From assembly GCA_030765525.1 (NCBI GenBank), contig JAVCCK010000034.1, positions 86,126 through 150,125 of the forward strand: a DNA stretch of 64,000 nucleotides, written 5' to 3'. This document shows, one piece after another, positions 55,709 through 64,000 of this stretch. The position numbers and the translations under genes are program-made. The stretch is from Candidatus Lernaella stagnicola. GTDB lineage: Bacteria; Lernaellota; Lernaellaia; Lernaellales; Lernaellaceae. Within the stretch, counting starts at the first letter, position 1, and every line of letters starts with the position of its first letter. The notes under the pieces were generated by a model that did not search any database, was not told the origin of the DNA, and was given only the letters and a program-made list of their open reading frames with translations.

Positions 55709-57246
55709 GGAGTCGGCTCGGCCCGCCGCTCCATGACCAAAAGGCGCTCGTCGAGATAATCAAGATCGAACAGCGGCTCGGCTCGTTCGGCGATGGCGTG
55801 AAGGTTGGCGGCAAACCCCGTCGCCACCAAGTGAGTGTACTGCCCCACCATGTCCGGATCATCCAGATGCCATATGCGGCTTACGTCCGGCAGTCGTGAC
55901 GGATTGCGCACGGTCACGATGCCCGTACCGAACAGCGCCCGCAGATAGCCGCCGCCGGTGATCACCCGGTGATACGGCAGGTAGCGCAACGGATTGACCG
56001 AGTTCGGGTACGAATAGGGGTCGGCCGCCTTCTCCAAATACGACCGGTTCTCTCGAAAATGAAAATGCGAGTCGGCGAGTATCAACATCTTCGCCCGCGG
56101 TGGAACCAACTGTTCCAGCACGCGGCGCTCTTGCTGAAGAACGCCGCCCGCCTGAAACCACCATACCGCGTTCCACGCCAGCAGCGCCGCCACCGCAAGC
56201 CCCGCCAGGCGAAAACGGCGCGTCGAGAGAGTCGCGGGGCTGGATGTCGATGCGAACAACAGCAGAACCGCCACGAAGATCAGCCGCTGTCCCGGCCGCA
56301 GCAGTTCGTAAATACGGGTGGGCGTCAGCAGGCCGATGATAATCAGGGCGACGGCGAGCACGATCACTGGATTGCGGCGGTCGAAGCGGCCCCGCACGGC
56401 AGACACCACGATGAACGCGCCGACGGCCAGGATTGCTGCGGCGTTGATCGCCGTGTTGATCCAAGCCGCCCAGGTCGGCGTCAACGGGTAGTAACTCGAC
56501 GCAATCGCCCACGGGCCGACCTTGTACCACGTGTAGTAAAGGGGATTGTGAAAGGCGTAGTGAAACCAGAACTCGCCCGCTCGTTGCGAAACGTACCACG
56601 CCAAACACGCCAAAGACGGCGCAAAGGCCGTGCCGGTCACCAGCAGCCGACGCCCCCGTTGCTTGCCGAAGCACGCGAAAATCAGCACGGCCAAACCGGC
56701 GACCGCAAAAGTCAGGAAGTGCGACAGGTAAACCAGAAACACGAGTGCCGCGAGAATCAGCCAGCGCCCGACCGACCACTTGTCCTCAACGCGACGCAGG
56801 AAACCGAGCACCAGGAAGAGCAGTGCCAAGCCGATCGTGAAATTGAAGAAACCCATCAAGAAAAAATGGTTGGCCGCGTACACGACCGCCGCCAGTTCAG
56901 CCAGCGGGCGCTCCCGGCCTTCGGCGCGTGCGAAATAGGAAAACGCCGTCACGAACAAGATCAAATACAGCGCGTAGGCCAGCGCCGCCGCGGTGAATAC
57001 CGGCGCCAGCTTCGTCAAACCGGCGATCACCAGGGTCCCGAGCAGGTTCGGGATGGGCTGCAGGTTGACCACAAAATTGTCCGCCCACGGCTGACTTCCG
57101 GCGTCGGCGATGATCTGCGCCTGCAGCACCCAGTCCATTTGATCCTGCAGGGGCGCCACGCGCACGAGTAACGGCCACGTTGCCAAAAACAACGTCAGCG
57201 CCGCCAACGTGATGTAACGCTCGCGTTTCCGGTGTGCCTCGTTCAT
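55705..57246 (-). CDS. polytopic membrane protein, hypothetical (possible glycosyl/arabinosyl-transferase-like)
   Basis: ~10 predicted TM helices followed by a ~150-aa soluble C-terminal domain. Start assigned to [11 protein letters not shown]. Confidence 0.55.
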   Translation of the reverse strand: MNEAHRKRERYITLAALTLFLATWPLLVRVAPLQDQMDWVLQAQIIADAGSQPWADNFVVNLQPIPNLLGTLVIAGLTKLAPVFTAAALAYALYLILFVTAFSYFARAEGRERPLAELAAVVYAANHFFLMGFFNFTIGLALLFLVLGFLRRVEDKWSVGRWLILAALVFLVYLSHFLTFAVAGLAVLIFACFGKQRGRRLLVTGTAFAPSLACLAWYVSQRAGEFWFHYAFHNPLYYTWYKVGPWAIASSYYPLTPTWAAWINTAINAAAILAVGAFIVVSAVRGRFDRRNPVIVLAVALIIIGLLTPTRIYELLRPGQRLIFVAVLLLFASTSSPATLSTRRFRLAGLAVAALLAWNAVWWFQAGGVLQQERRVLEQLVPPRAKMLILADSHFHFRENRSYLEKAADPYSYPNSVNPLRYLPYHRVITGGGYLRALFGTGIVTVRNPSRLPDVSRIWHLDDPDMVGQYTHLVATGFAANLHAIAERAEPLFDLDYLDERLLVMERRAEPTP

Positions 57247-57356
57247 GGGCCCCTGCTTAGCGCGTTTGCCGCCAAAAGAAAAGACGAGCCGCAAAAACTT
57301 GCGCTATCGCGGGGGCTTGCGGTAGGATGACGGCAACTATCCGCGGGGGAGGTCGT

Positions 57357-58046
57357 ATGCGGCGTACATTGCGCCTTGTCGGAATCGCGTTGATCGTGTT
57401 GTGTTGGGTCGGCGCGGCGCAGGCCGCCGAGAAGAAAATCGGCCTGGGCCTCAAGCTCGGCTACCACAACTTTGTGCGCTACAACCCCACCGACGACCCC
57501 GATGGCGACGGCGTGCTCGAAGATGGTGAGATCGACCAATCGATCGACGCCGGTGCGTTCGACGGCTTTGCTGTCGAAGGTGATTTTGAGTATCGCTTCC
57601 ACCCGAATTTCGTACTCGGCGGCGGAGTCCAGTGGTACGGGGCCAATGTGATCGTCGACGGCGTCACCGACGAAAACCGCGTCAAGGGCGACATCGCACT
57701 TTCGATCACGGCCCTGACGATTACGCCCAAGATCGTTCTGCCGATCAAATTCGTGAACCTGTATACCGGCGGCGGCTTGGGGCTGTACTGGCGGGTGTTG
57801 GGCTCCAGCTATGAATACACCGACCGCTTCGGCAACGACACCTCCGAATCCAACGCCGACAGCCAGGGCACGCTCGGCTACCACGCGATGGTCGGCGCCG
57901 AATTCTTCGTACTCAATTGGATCGGTATCGTCCTGGAAGATCGCTTCGCTTTCGTGCACTTCAAGGGGCAGGACCCCAAAACCGACCTGGACGACAACGA
58001 CGCCGGCGGCAATTCGGTCTTTCTCGGTACGCGCTTCCATTTCTAA
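57357..58046 (+). CDS. outer-membrane beta-barrel protein (OmpW/OmpA-like barrel domain)
   Basis: Signal peptide MRRTLRLVGIALIVLCWVGAAQA. Alternating amphipathic beta-strands. C-terminal aromatic residue (…GTRFHF). Confidence 0.6.
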   Translation: MRRTLRLVGIALIVLCWVGAAQAAEKKIGLGLKLGYHNFVRYNPTDDPDGDGVLEDGEIDQSIDAGAFDGFAVEGDFEYRFHPNFVLGGGVQWYGANVIVDGVTDENRVKGDIALSITALTITPKIVLPIKFVNLYTGGGLGLYWRVLGSSYEYTDRFGNDTSESNADSQGTLGYHAMVGAEFFVLNWIGIVLEDRFAFVHFKGQDPKTDLDDNDAGGNSVFLGTRFHF

Positions 58047-58120
58047 GGCTCCGGCTTGTCCGCCGCGCGGCGGGTCGTTACCGTAGCAACCTCATCGTAT
58101 CTATACCGGAGGAAAGCCAC

Positions 58121-59878
58121 GTGCGAGTTGTGTTTCACTGGGTCGACGAACGATCCGGCCGTTCCCTGCGGCATCCGTTGACGTTCGCGTACATGGCGGC
58201 GTTTCTCGAGTACCTCGACTTCGATGCGCAGTGTTCCTACGAGCCGGACGTGGAAGGGCTGTTGGCCGTCAACCCCGATGTCGTCTGCATATTGTGCAAT
58301 TCGTTTCACTACGCCCGCGCCGTCGAGGCTGCGCGCGAGATCAAGCAACGTCGCCGCGCCAAGTTCGTGCTTTGCGGCCCGCACATATCCAACCGGCCCG
58401 AAAGCCTCGATCCGATTTTCGACGTCGGATTGGTCGGCGAACCGGAAGATTCCCTCCACCATGTGCTCAACGTGTTGAAATCAACCGGCGATCTGTCCCC
58501 CGAGGACCTGCGCGACGTGCCCGGTGTCGTTTTTCTCGAACACCGCACGCCGGTCGTCACCGATCCGCGCGAACTGATCGACCTGGAAATGGCGATGCCG
58601 GTGCCCCGCCGCGACATTCTGCCGCGCTCGCCGTTCCCCGCCGTCGTGGGCGGACGGGGGTCGCCTTTCGAGGACGGCATTCTGGGCGGCTACGTGAACT
58701 GGGGGCGCTACCGAGCCTTCACGAACGGTGTCATCGCGCACGAAATCGAGGAACTGGCTGCGGAAAAAAACGCCGCCATATTACTCGACGACCCTTGGCT
58801 CACCGCCGACGCGTTGCGGCTGGTCGATCTGGCCGACCTACTCGAAGACAAAGAGGTCCTTGGAACCGTCCAGTTTGAAGCGCACGCCCGCGCCGCCTGG
58901 GTTACCGATGAAGTGGGCGAGTTTTGGGTGCGCCTCAACGTCACGCGGGTCGTGCTGGATATGATCGGCGATCTTCGCGATCCTGACGATTTGTACGGTG
59001 CGCGCGTCGATCTGGAAACGCTCGAGAACGCCATCGAAGTGTGCGAGCGTTATGAAGCGGCGGTTCACCTGTTTGCCCATGTCGGCGCGCCCGGCGACGA
59101 CATCGAACGGATTCGCGACTTGTTTGCTTTTCTCACCGAGAAGATTGCCGGCGGCATCCTCGCCTCGGCCCGCGTGGGTTGGCTGCCGCCGCTGCCGGGA
59201 ACGCGCTTTTGGGACGCCGGTGTCGAATCGGGCGTGGTGCGCGAGCCCCAAACCGACTGGGTGGCGTTCGCCCGACTCGCCGACGAACCCAGCCTGGAAC
59301 CGAAACTCGCGCCGCACGTGCCGCGCATCAACCTATGGCGCAAGCACCTGCAGCGTCTCGAAAAAGCGTTCCGGCGTCCCTTGGCATTGTTCGTTCGAGA
59401 CGACGCGGACATGGATATTGAAGTCGACCCTATGGCGTTGCGCTCCATTGTTTTTGTCGTCGAAGAAGAGGGAGTCAGCGAGGTGCTCAGCGACGACGAA
59501 GTCAAAATGGTCCGCTTCTCGCTGGCGGCCTTGCGTCGCGACCTGGAAAAAAACGCTGCCGACGACGATACGGCGCTGGTGCTCTTCGCGCCCCGCCCCG
59601 AGGAAGTCACGATGGAGGACATCCGCGCTCTGCGCCTCGCGGCTTCGCTCGATGGCGTGAGCATCAGCCGGCCGTCTTCAAAACCCTTTCCGTTGCTACT
59701 GTCGGTGCGGGCCGCGCTCGAGTTCGATGTTGATACCTGGCGGGCCTGGCTGGCCGGTGATGAAGCCTCCGTGCCGCCCGCGGCGACGCCCGTGGAGTTC
59801 GCGCCTTATCTCCAGTTGCCCGCGGCCGATCTCGACCAACCCGTTCCGGTTTCGGAGAAGCCTCGCGAGGAGGAATGA
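58121..59878 (+). CDS. B12-binding/radical-SAM-like protein lacking the CxxxCxxC cluster motif (degenerate class B rSAM homolog)
   Basis: GTG start with GGAGGA RBS. The B12-binding-like fold is VRVVFHWVDERSG...DVVCILCNSFHYARAVEAAREIKQRRRAKFVLCGPH. The region homologous to the rSAM cluster loop reads AVVGGRGSPFEDGILGGYVNWGRYR (compare ..SRGCxxxCxxC..R.R in the neighbouring modules), i.e. no Cys triad. The stop overlaps the next gene's ATG. Confidence 0.55.
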   Translation: MRVVFHWVDERSGRSLRHPLTFAYMAAFLEYLDFDAQCSYEPDVEGLLAVNPDVVCILCNSFHYARAVEAAREIKQRRRAKFVLCGPHISNRPESLDPIFDVGLVGEPEDSLHHVLNVLKSTGDLSPEDLRDVPGVVFLEHRTPVVTDPRELIDLEMAMPVPRRDILPRSPFPAVVGGRGSPFEDGILGGYVNWGRYRAFTNGVIAHEIEELAAEKNAAILLDDPWLTADALRLVDLADLLEDKEVLGTVQFEAHARAAWVTDEVGEFWVRLNVTRVVLDMIGDLRDPDDLYGARVDLETLENAIEVCERYEAAVHLFAHVGAPGDDIERIRDLFAFLTEKIAGGILASARVGWLPPLPGTRFWDAGVESGVVREPQTDWVAFARLADEPSLEPKLAPHVPRINLWRKHLQRLEKAFRRPLALFVRDDADMDIEVDPMALRSIVFVVEEEGVSEVLSDDEVKMVRFSLAALRRDLEKNAADDDTALVLFAPRPEEVTMEDIRALRLAASLDGVSISRPSSKPFPLLLSVRAALEFDVDTWRAWLAGDEASVPPAATPVEFAPYLQLPAADLDQPVPVSEKPREEE

Positions 59879-61947
59879 GCCGACGTCGTAAAACCGTCTT
59901 AATTCTCTTGGCCGTTCTGGCGGCTTGGGGCTTTGTGTACGGTTTGACGCAGGACCTTGCCTTGGCGCCGTATCCACTCGCGGCCGGCGAAACGTTGGCG
60001 CTGGACACTGCGGGCGCAGCGCTGAAAATCATTCTACGGACAGCGAATCCCGAAGGCCTGCATCTGAAATGCCTCAGCAAGCAGGGCGAGGCGATCTACC
60101 GACCCGCGCGTTCGGATTATCCCCTTTTCGCGAACGATCAATACGTCACGCTGGAGGTTCTGCCCAGGGAAAGCGGGATTTTGTTTGCGCTCAACGGCGG
60201 GGCGCTGAGCAGGCGAGAGGAGCACGGCCGGCCTGAGCGATGTTATCTGACGGCCGGGCTGGCGGAGGTCGCCGTGCGCGACGTGGGGCGCGCCGCGGAT
60301 GTGCGGGACAAACGCGTGGCGATGTGGCTGCTTATGCTTGTCGTGGCGGCGGCGTGGTTTTGGATGGAGTCGCGCCTGGTCGGCCGTCTGCAAGTCGATC
60401 GCGGCCGGTGGCTGACGAGTCTCGTGCTGAGCGCGCTGGCGGTCGGGTGCTGGCTGTCCCTGGCGGGCGCATGCCTGTGGCTACCTACGCTGCATCCGTT
60501 GGCGTTGGCGCTGTTTGCGGCTTCGCGCGTCGCCTTTTGGCTGGTGGCGGGCGGGAGCTTTCGTGAACCGTCGGGCGGCACGCGGCGCTACGTACTTGGC
60601 GGCGTCGGCTTACTCGGTTTCGTATTGTGTTGCGGCGCTCTCATAGCATACGCGTCGCCACGAATTGGAATCGCGGCCTTACTGCTTACCGCGGCGTTGG
60701 GATTCGACGTGGCGTTCCAACTCGATTGGCGAAAGGGGCGGTGGCTTGCCGCGACGGCCCTGCTACTGGCTCCCTTCGCCGTCATCGCGGTGCTCTCTAC
60801 CCAGAAACCGCCGGTCGGCCCGTACGCCCTGTGGGGATTACTGCCCGCGGGCGTCGCGCTGCTCGCGGTTCCGTTGGCCGCCAACCGCGATCGGTTGGGT
60901 CATTACGGTTGGCTGCGTCTGGCTCACGCCGTTCTATTTCTATTCGTGCTCGACGGCGCGTTGCGTCTTTCCCCCGCGGCCAATTACGTAAAGCCCGCCG
61001 GTATCGGGGCGGATTACCAAACGCACGAGGACCTATTCTGGGTGCCCAAGCGGTTTTTCGGCTACGAACAAGATTCCGACGACCGCGGTGACTTTCGCGT
61101 GCCGCGGGTACGTTTCCGCGGCGATGAAGATGCGACGCGCCAAAAGCCGCAGGGCACGGCGCGTATCATCGTCACCGGCGGATCCAACGCCTGGGGCGAC
61201 GGCCAACCGACGCCGGAAACCGCTTTTTCCGCTTTGCTCGAACAAGATTTGCAGGCGAAAACCGGCCGGCAAGTTGAGGTCCTTAACGGCGGCGTCAGGG
61301 GATTTCTTGTTTTTCAAGTCATGGTGCTGACCACCGAATACCTGCTGCAGTACAACCCCGATATTTTGATCGTATACGCCGCCCGCAACGACGTCTTGGA
61401 GCACAAGGGGCTGCAAACGTATCGGGAATTGTGGCGCCGAAAACAGGCGGGCGAAACCTCCTCGGCGCCGACTATCCAGGGCGTCTTGCGTGGCAGCGCC
61501 CTTTACAATGGTCTTACGGCCCTCATTGTGCAGTGGCGCGATGGGGGATTGCGTTGGTACGAACCCGCACGATGGAAGCCCGTCAATCCGCCGGAAGATT
61601 TCGCCGCGAATCTGCGCGACATCATTCATGCGGCCAAGAGCCGCGGCTGCCGAGTGGTTCTAGCTTCGGAGTTCTTCGGCGAGCACTTCTTCTACGACAT
61701 CGAGATGCCCCGGTTGCGTGAACTCCAGCAGAACATGAAGCAGGTAGCCAAGACGGAGAAGGCGCCCTTTTTCGACGCGTGGACGCTTTTCCACGAGACC
61801 GGCAAGCCACGTTCCTATTTGATGGCGGACGACCCGGTTCACATCAACGCCGCCGGTCACGCCCTACTGGCCCGCCATTTGGCCGACTATTTGGTGAGCG
61901 ACCCGAGTACGTCTGGGGTCTTGCTGGCCGCCGAGCCGCTCAAGTAG
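59875..61947 (+). CDS. membrane-anchored SGNH/GDSL-family hydrolase (possible O-acyltransferase/esterase)
   Basis: The N-terminal ~400 aa have ≥8 TM helices. The C-terminal domain has SGNH blocks ARIIVTGGSNAWGDG (block I), VLNGGVRG (II), ILIVYAARND (III) and DPVHINAAGHALLA (V). Confidence 0.65.
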   Translation: MSRRRKTVLILLAVLAAWGFVYGLTQDLALAPYPLAAGETLALDTAGAALKIILRTANPEGLHLKCLSKQGEAIYRPARSDYPLFANDQYVTLEVLPRESGILFALNGGALSRREEHGRPERCYLTAGLAEVAVRDVGRAADVRDKRVAMWLLMLVVAAAWFWMESRLVGRLQVDRGRWLTSLVLSALAVGCWLSLAGACLWLPTLHPLALALFAASRVAFWLVAGGSFREPSGGTRRYVLGGVGLLGFVLCCGALIAYASPRIGIAALLLTAALGFDVAFQLDWRKGRWLAATALLLAPFAVIAVLSTQKPPVGPYALWGLLPAGVALLAVPLAANRDRLGHYGWLRLAHAVLFLFVLDGALRLSPAANYVKPAGIGADYQTHEDLFWVPKRFFGYEQDSDDRGDFRVPRVRFRGDEDATRQKPQGTARIIVTGGSNAWGDGQPTPETAFSALLEQDLQAKTGRQVEVLNGGVRGFLVFQVMVLTTEYLLQYNPDILIVYAARNDVLEHKGLQTYRELWRRKQAGETSSAPTIQGVLRGSALYNGLTALIVQWRDGGLRWYEPARWKPVNPPEDFAANLRDIIHAAKSRGCRVVLASEFFGEHFFYDIEMPRLRELQQNMKQVAKTEKAPFFDAWTLFHETGKPRSYLMADDPVHINAAGHALLARHLADYLVSDPSTSGVLLAAEPLK

Positions 61948-62001
61948 CAGCAAATTCAAACCGATAACAAGATAAGAGATGAAACAAAAGAAAGGTGCGT
62001 C

Positions 62002-62232
62002 ATGGCCTTAACGCAGGCAATCGGCTACGCGGTGCAGGGCATCAAGAGCGCCGAACACCAAGTCGAAAAAGCGGCTCAAAAAATCGCCGGCTTCAGCGGC
62101 CCGGACGCCGACGTCCATCTGCCGGAGGATATCGTCAGCATAAAACTGGCCAAGGCGGCGCACCAAGCCAACGTCTCGATGTTGCGCGCTGCGGCGGAAA
62201 TGGAAAAGGAAACGATCGACATCATCGTTTAG
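62002..62232 (+). CDS. small hypothetical protein (76 aa; weak resemblance to YjfB-type putative motility proteins)
   Basis: MALTQAIGYAVQGIKSAEHQVEKAAQKIAGFSGPDADVHLPEDIVSIKLAKAAHQANVSMLRAAAEMEKETIDIIV. Followed by a clear terminator hairpin. Confidence 0.4.
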   Translation: MALTQAIGYAVQGIKSAEHQVEKAAQKIAGFSGPDADVHLPEDIVSIKLAKAAHQANVSMLRAAAEMEKETIDIIV

Positions 62233-62265
62233 ACGAAGGTAGTTGCTCCACTTGCAGATGCAAAT

Positions 62266-62300
62266 AAGGCGGGCTGTTTTGCAGGGCCCGCCTTCCTTGT
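62266..62300 (+). terminator. rho-independent terminator (usable in both orientations)
   Basis: aggcgggc-tgttttgcag-ggcccgcct followed by ttccttgt. On the opposite strand the hairpin is followed by ttatttg. Confidence 0.5.
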
Positions 62301-62310
62301 ATGCGCGTGA

Positions 62311-62979
62311 CTAATCTAGCGCCGGACAATATTCGTGCTGATCCGTGCGGATATCGCCATACGCGTACGTGATGAAATCCTGGGTCAGGTAAATGCAGCC
62401 GTCGTCGCATTCGTAGATGCCCACGCCGACAAACTTGAAATTCCGTGCCAGGATATTGGAGCGGTGGTTGGGCTCGCATTCCGGCTCGTCCATGAAATCG
62501 ATTTCGGCTTGCGTGATCACCTGGCTCAACGACATCCCACAAGCCATGTAAATGTTCTCGCCGGCCGCGACAAAACCGAGCCCCGCCGCCTCCATACGAT
62601 CAAAGGGACTTTCGCCGTCGGGGTTCGCGTGATCGAAAAAGCCGCGTTCACACATATCGCGCGAATGGGCTTCGGCCACTGCGGCCACTGGATCGTCGTA
62701 GAATAAGGGCTGGGCGCAGTCGGATTCTTCCGGATGGGCGTAGCGATCTTCATTGAGCAATCGCGCGTGGGTGCATTCAGCCTCGGGACCGTCACAATCC
62801 ATATCGACGCTGTAGTCGATATCGCACTCTTCGCTGAATAGGCTTCCGTCGCCGCCGCCGTCGTCGTCATCGTCGTCGGTGGAGCCGAACGAATTGGGTG
62901 CTTCGGTTTCGTCACTACCGCACGCCACGAAAAAGCCCATGGCCAAAATCGCAATCACGATCAAAACATACAATCTCAT
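62311..62979 (-). CDS. CAP/SCP/PR-1-like (YkwD-type) domain lipoprotein with poly-Asp linker
   Basis: MRLYVLIVIAILAMGFFVAC (lipobox). The linker is GSTDDDDDDGGGDGS. The CAP-domain motifs are HSRDMCERGFFDHANPDG...GENIYMACGMSL...EPNHRSNILARNFKFVGVGIYECDDG. Start refined to the internal Met of ORF 62311..63051. Confidence 0.65.
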   Translation of the reverse strand: MRLYVLIVIAILAMGFFVACGSDETEAPNSFGSTDDDDDDGGGDGSLFSEECDIDYSVDMDCDGPEAECTHARLLNEDRYAHPEESDCAQPLFYDDPVAAVAEAHSRDMCERGFFDHANPDGESPFDRMEAAGLGFVAAGENIYMACGMSLSQVITQAEIDFMDEPECEPNHRSNILARNFKFVGVGIYECDDGCIYLTQDFITYAYGDIRTDQHEYCPALD

Positions 62980-63103
62980 TGGCGATCTTTTCCTTTCCAC
63001 GGTGTCTACGACCGCTGAGCTAAGTTTGCCCGGCTGATTCCCTGTTGTCAAAACAAAAATCTTTGACTTGACACTGCCGCGTTGGGCTTACACCATCGGC
63101 CCA

Positions 63104-64000
63104 ATGAAACAACGTCTTGTACACTATATTAGCGCGATTGCGACGCTGTTGAGCCTCATTTTGCTTCCGATTGGAACCTCGATTGCGTCCAAAACTCTGG
63201 ATCGGACGCCCGATCCGGTCGTCGTTCGCGGCGATTTGCTCGCGTCGGCACACCGAATCGAGATTCGCCGACTCGCGCTGTTAGGTTGTGACAGCGATCG
63301 CTGGCGTCCGGTTCCTTTCCAGATCGACGAGCGTTTGCACGACCGATACGTGCTGCAATCGGGGCCGGAAGCCGAGGCGGATATCGATTGGGGTCGATTC
63401 GACGCCGACGACGAAATCGCCTTCATGGTCGCCGATACCGGCCCGCGCTGCACCGGCCTACCGTTTCCAAAAGATGTTGAAAACATTCAAGAAATTGAAG
63501 TACAGGACCCCGTTGACGGGAGCAGGGCGTATGTATACCTGGCGGTGTATCCCGACACAGCCCCGCGGTCCGGGACCGACTATGTGACCTACAACGTCGA
63601 GAAAAATCTAATTGAAACAACGGATTACACCATCGGCTACCATGCCGAGGCGCCCATCAGCATTAGCCGACTGGCGGTGCCGCGCCGAGCTGGTGGGAGC
63701 GGACAGAGCGTCGCCGATCGCCAAAAGATCCGCGCTCGCGCCGTAACTGTATGGAATATATTGACAATATCCAAGAACGAGAACGATTTTCGTGCGGAAA
63801 TCCTTGCCTATACCGATGGCCCGGTGCGGGTCGTCAGGCGGACCCGAAACTGGGTGAGGTTGTTCGGACGGGTCCCGAGCCCCAGCGTGGAGCTAACCAG
63901 CGTTTACTGGAAGACCGGAATGCAATTTCCTTTGAAAATTCGGGTACCTTTCAGGGTCCCCCGGTTTTTCGAGGAGGCTGGTTTGCGGGTTTATGTCGAT
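63104..64000 (+). CDS. secreted hypothetical protein (3' end off window)
   Basis: ATG at ~63104 opens a frame with no stop to the window end. The N-terminus MKQRLVHYISAIATLLSLILLPIGTSIASKTLD is a signal peptide. Not in the ORF track because incomplete. Confidence 0.45.
   Translation, partial: MKQRLVHYISAIATLLSLILLPIGTSIASKTLDRTPDPVVVRGDLLASAHRIEIRRLALLGCDSDRWRPVPFQIDERLHDRYVLQSGPEAEADIDWGRFDADDEIAFMVADTGPRCTGLPFPKDVENIQEIEVQDPVDGSRAYVYLAVYPDTAPRSGTDYVTYNVEKNLIETTDYTIGYHAEAPISISRLAVPRRAGGSGQSVADRQKIRARAVTVWNILTISKNENDFRAEILAYTDGPVRVVRRTRNWVRLFGRVPSPSVELTSVYWKTGMQFPLKIRVPFRVPRFFEEAGLRVYVD

Overview
This is a 64 kb window of high-GC (~62-65%) bacterial chromosome with overlapping, translationally coupled genes and many lipoproteins. 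It contains giant TPR proteins, a DUF1573 protein, and an S8 protease carrying a MopE-like Cys-rich metal-binding C-terminus. These are consistent with a Myxococcota/deltaproteobacterial-type organism, but that is inference only. No IS, integrase or CRISPR signals were seen. Housekeeping genes present are aroQ, an M24 aminopeptidase, rimO, tatBC, pspA, PBP1A, ispD, ispF, an alpha-glucan phosphorylase, a MEMO1-like protein and one tRNA-Thr(CGU). The accessory content is a polysaccharide export and biosynthesis block (Wza-like lipoprotein, Wzc/GumC-type tyrosine kinase, two GT2 glycosyltransferases) with B12-binding radical SAM enzymes embedded in and around it. The most striking feature is a ~6 kb minus-strand gene (36125..42091) encoding one ~1990-aa polypeptide with three tandem B12-binding/radical-SAM modules plus a C-terminal SPASM-type radical SAM domain. 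It is followed by a small poly-Asp, Cys-rich lipoprotein and sits divergent from the tRNA-Thr. Other notable elements are listed here. A 2673-aa acidic TPR protein is translationally coupled to an ExeA/GspA-like AAA ATPase. A carbamoyltransferase is paired with an SxtJ-like small membrane protein. A Cys-less (degenerate) B12-rSAM homolog is coupled to a membrane SGNH hydrolase. A low-GC, lysine-rich lipoprotein gene is present. There is a family of small acidic Cys-rich lipoproteins. Coordinates derived from reading the sequence lines (RNA gene, promoters, terminators) may be off by 1-2 nt. CDS ends follow the supplied ORF track, and starts were refined by codon counting and RBS inspection.
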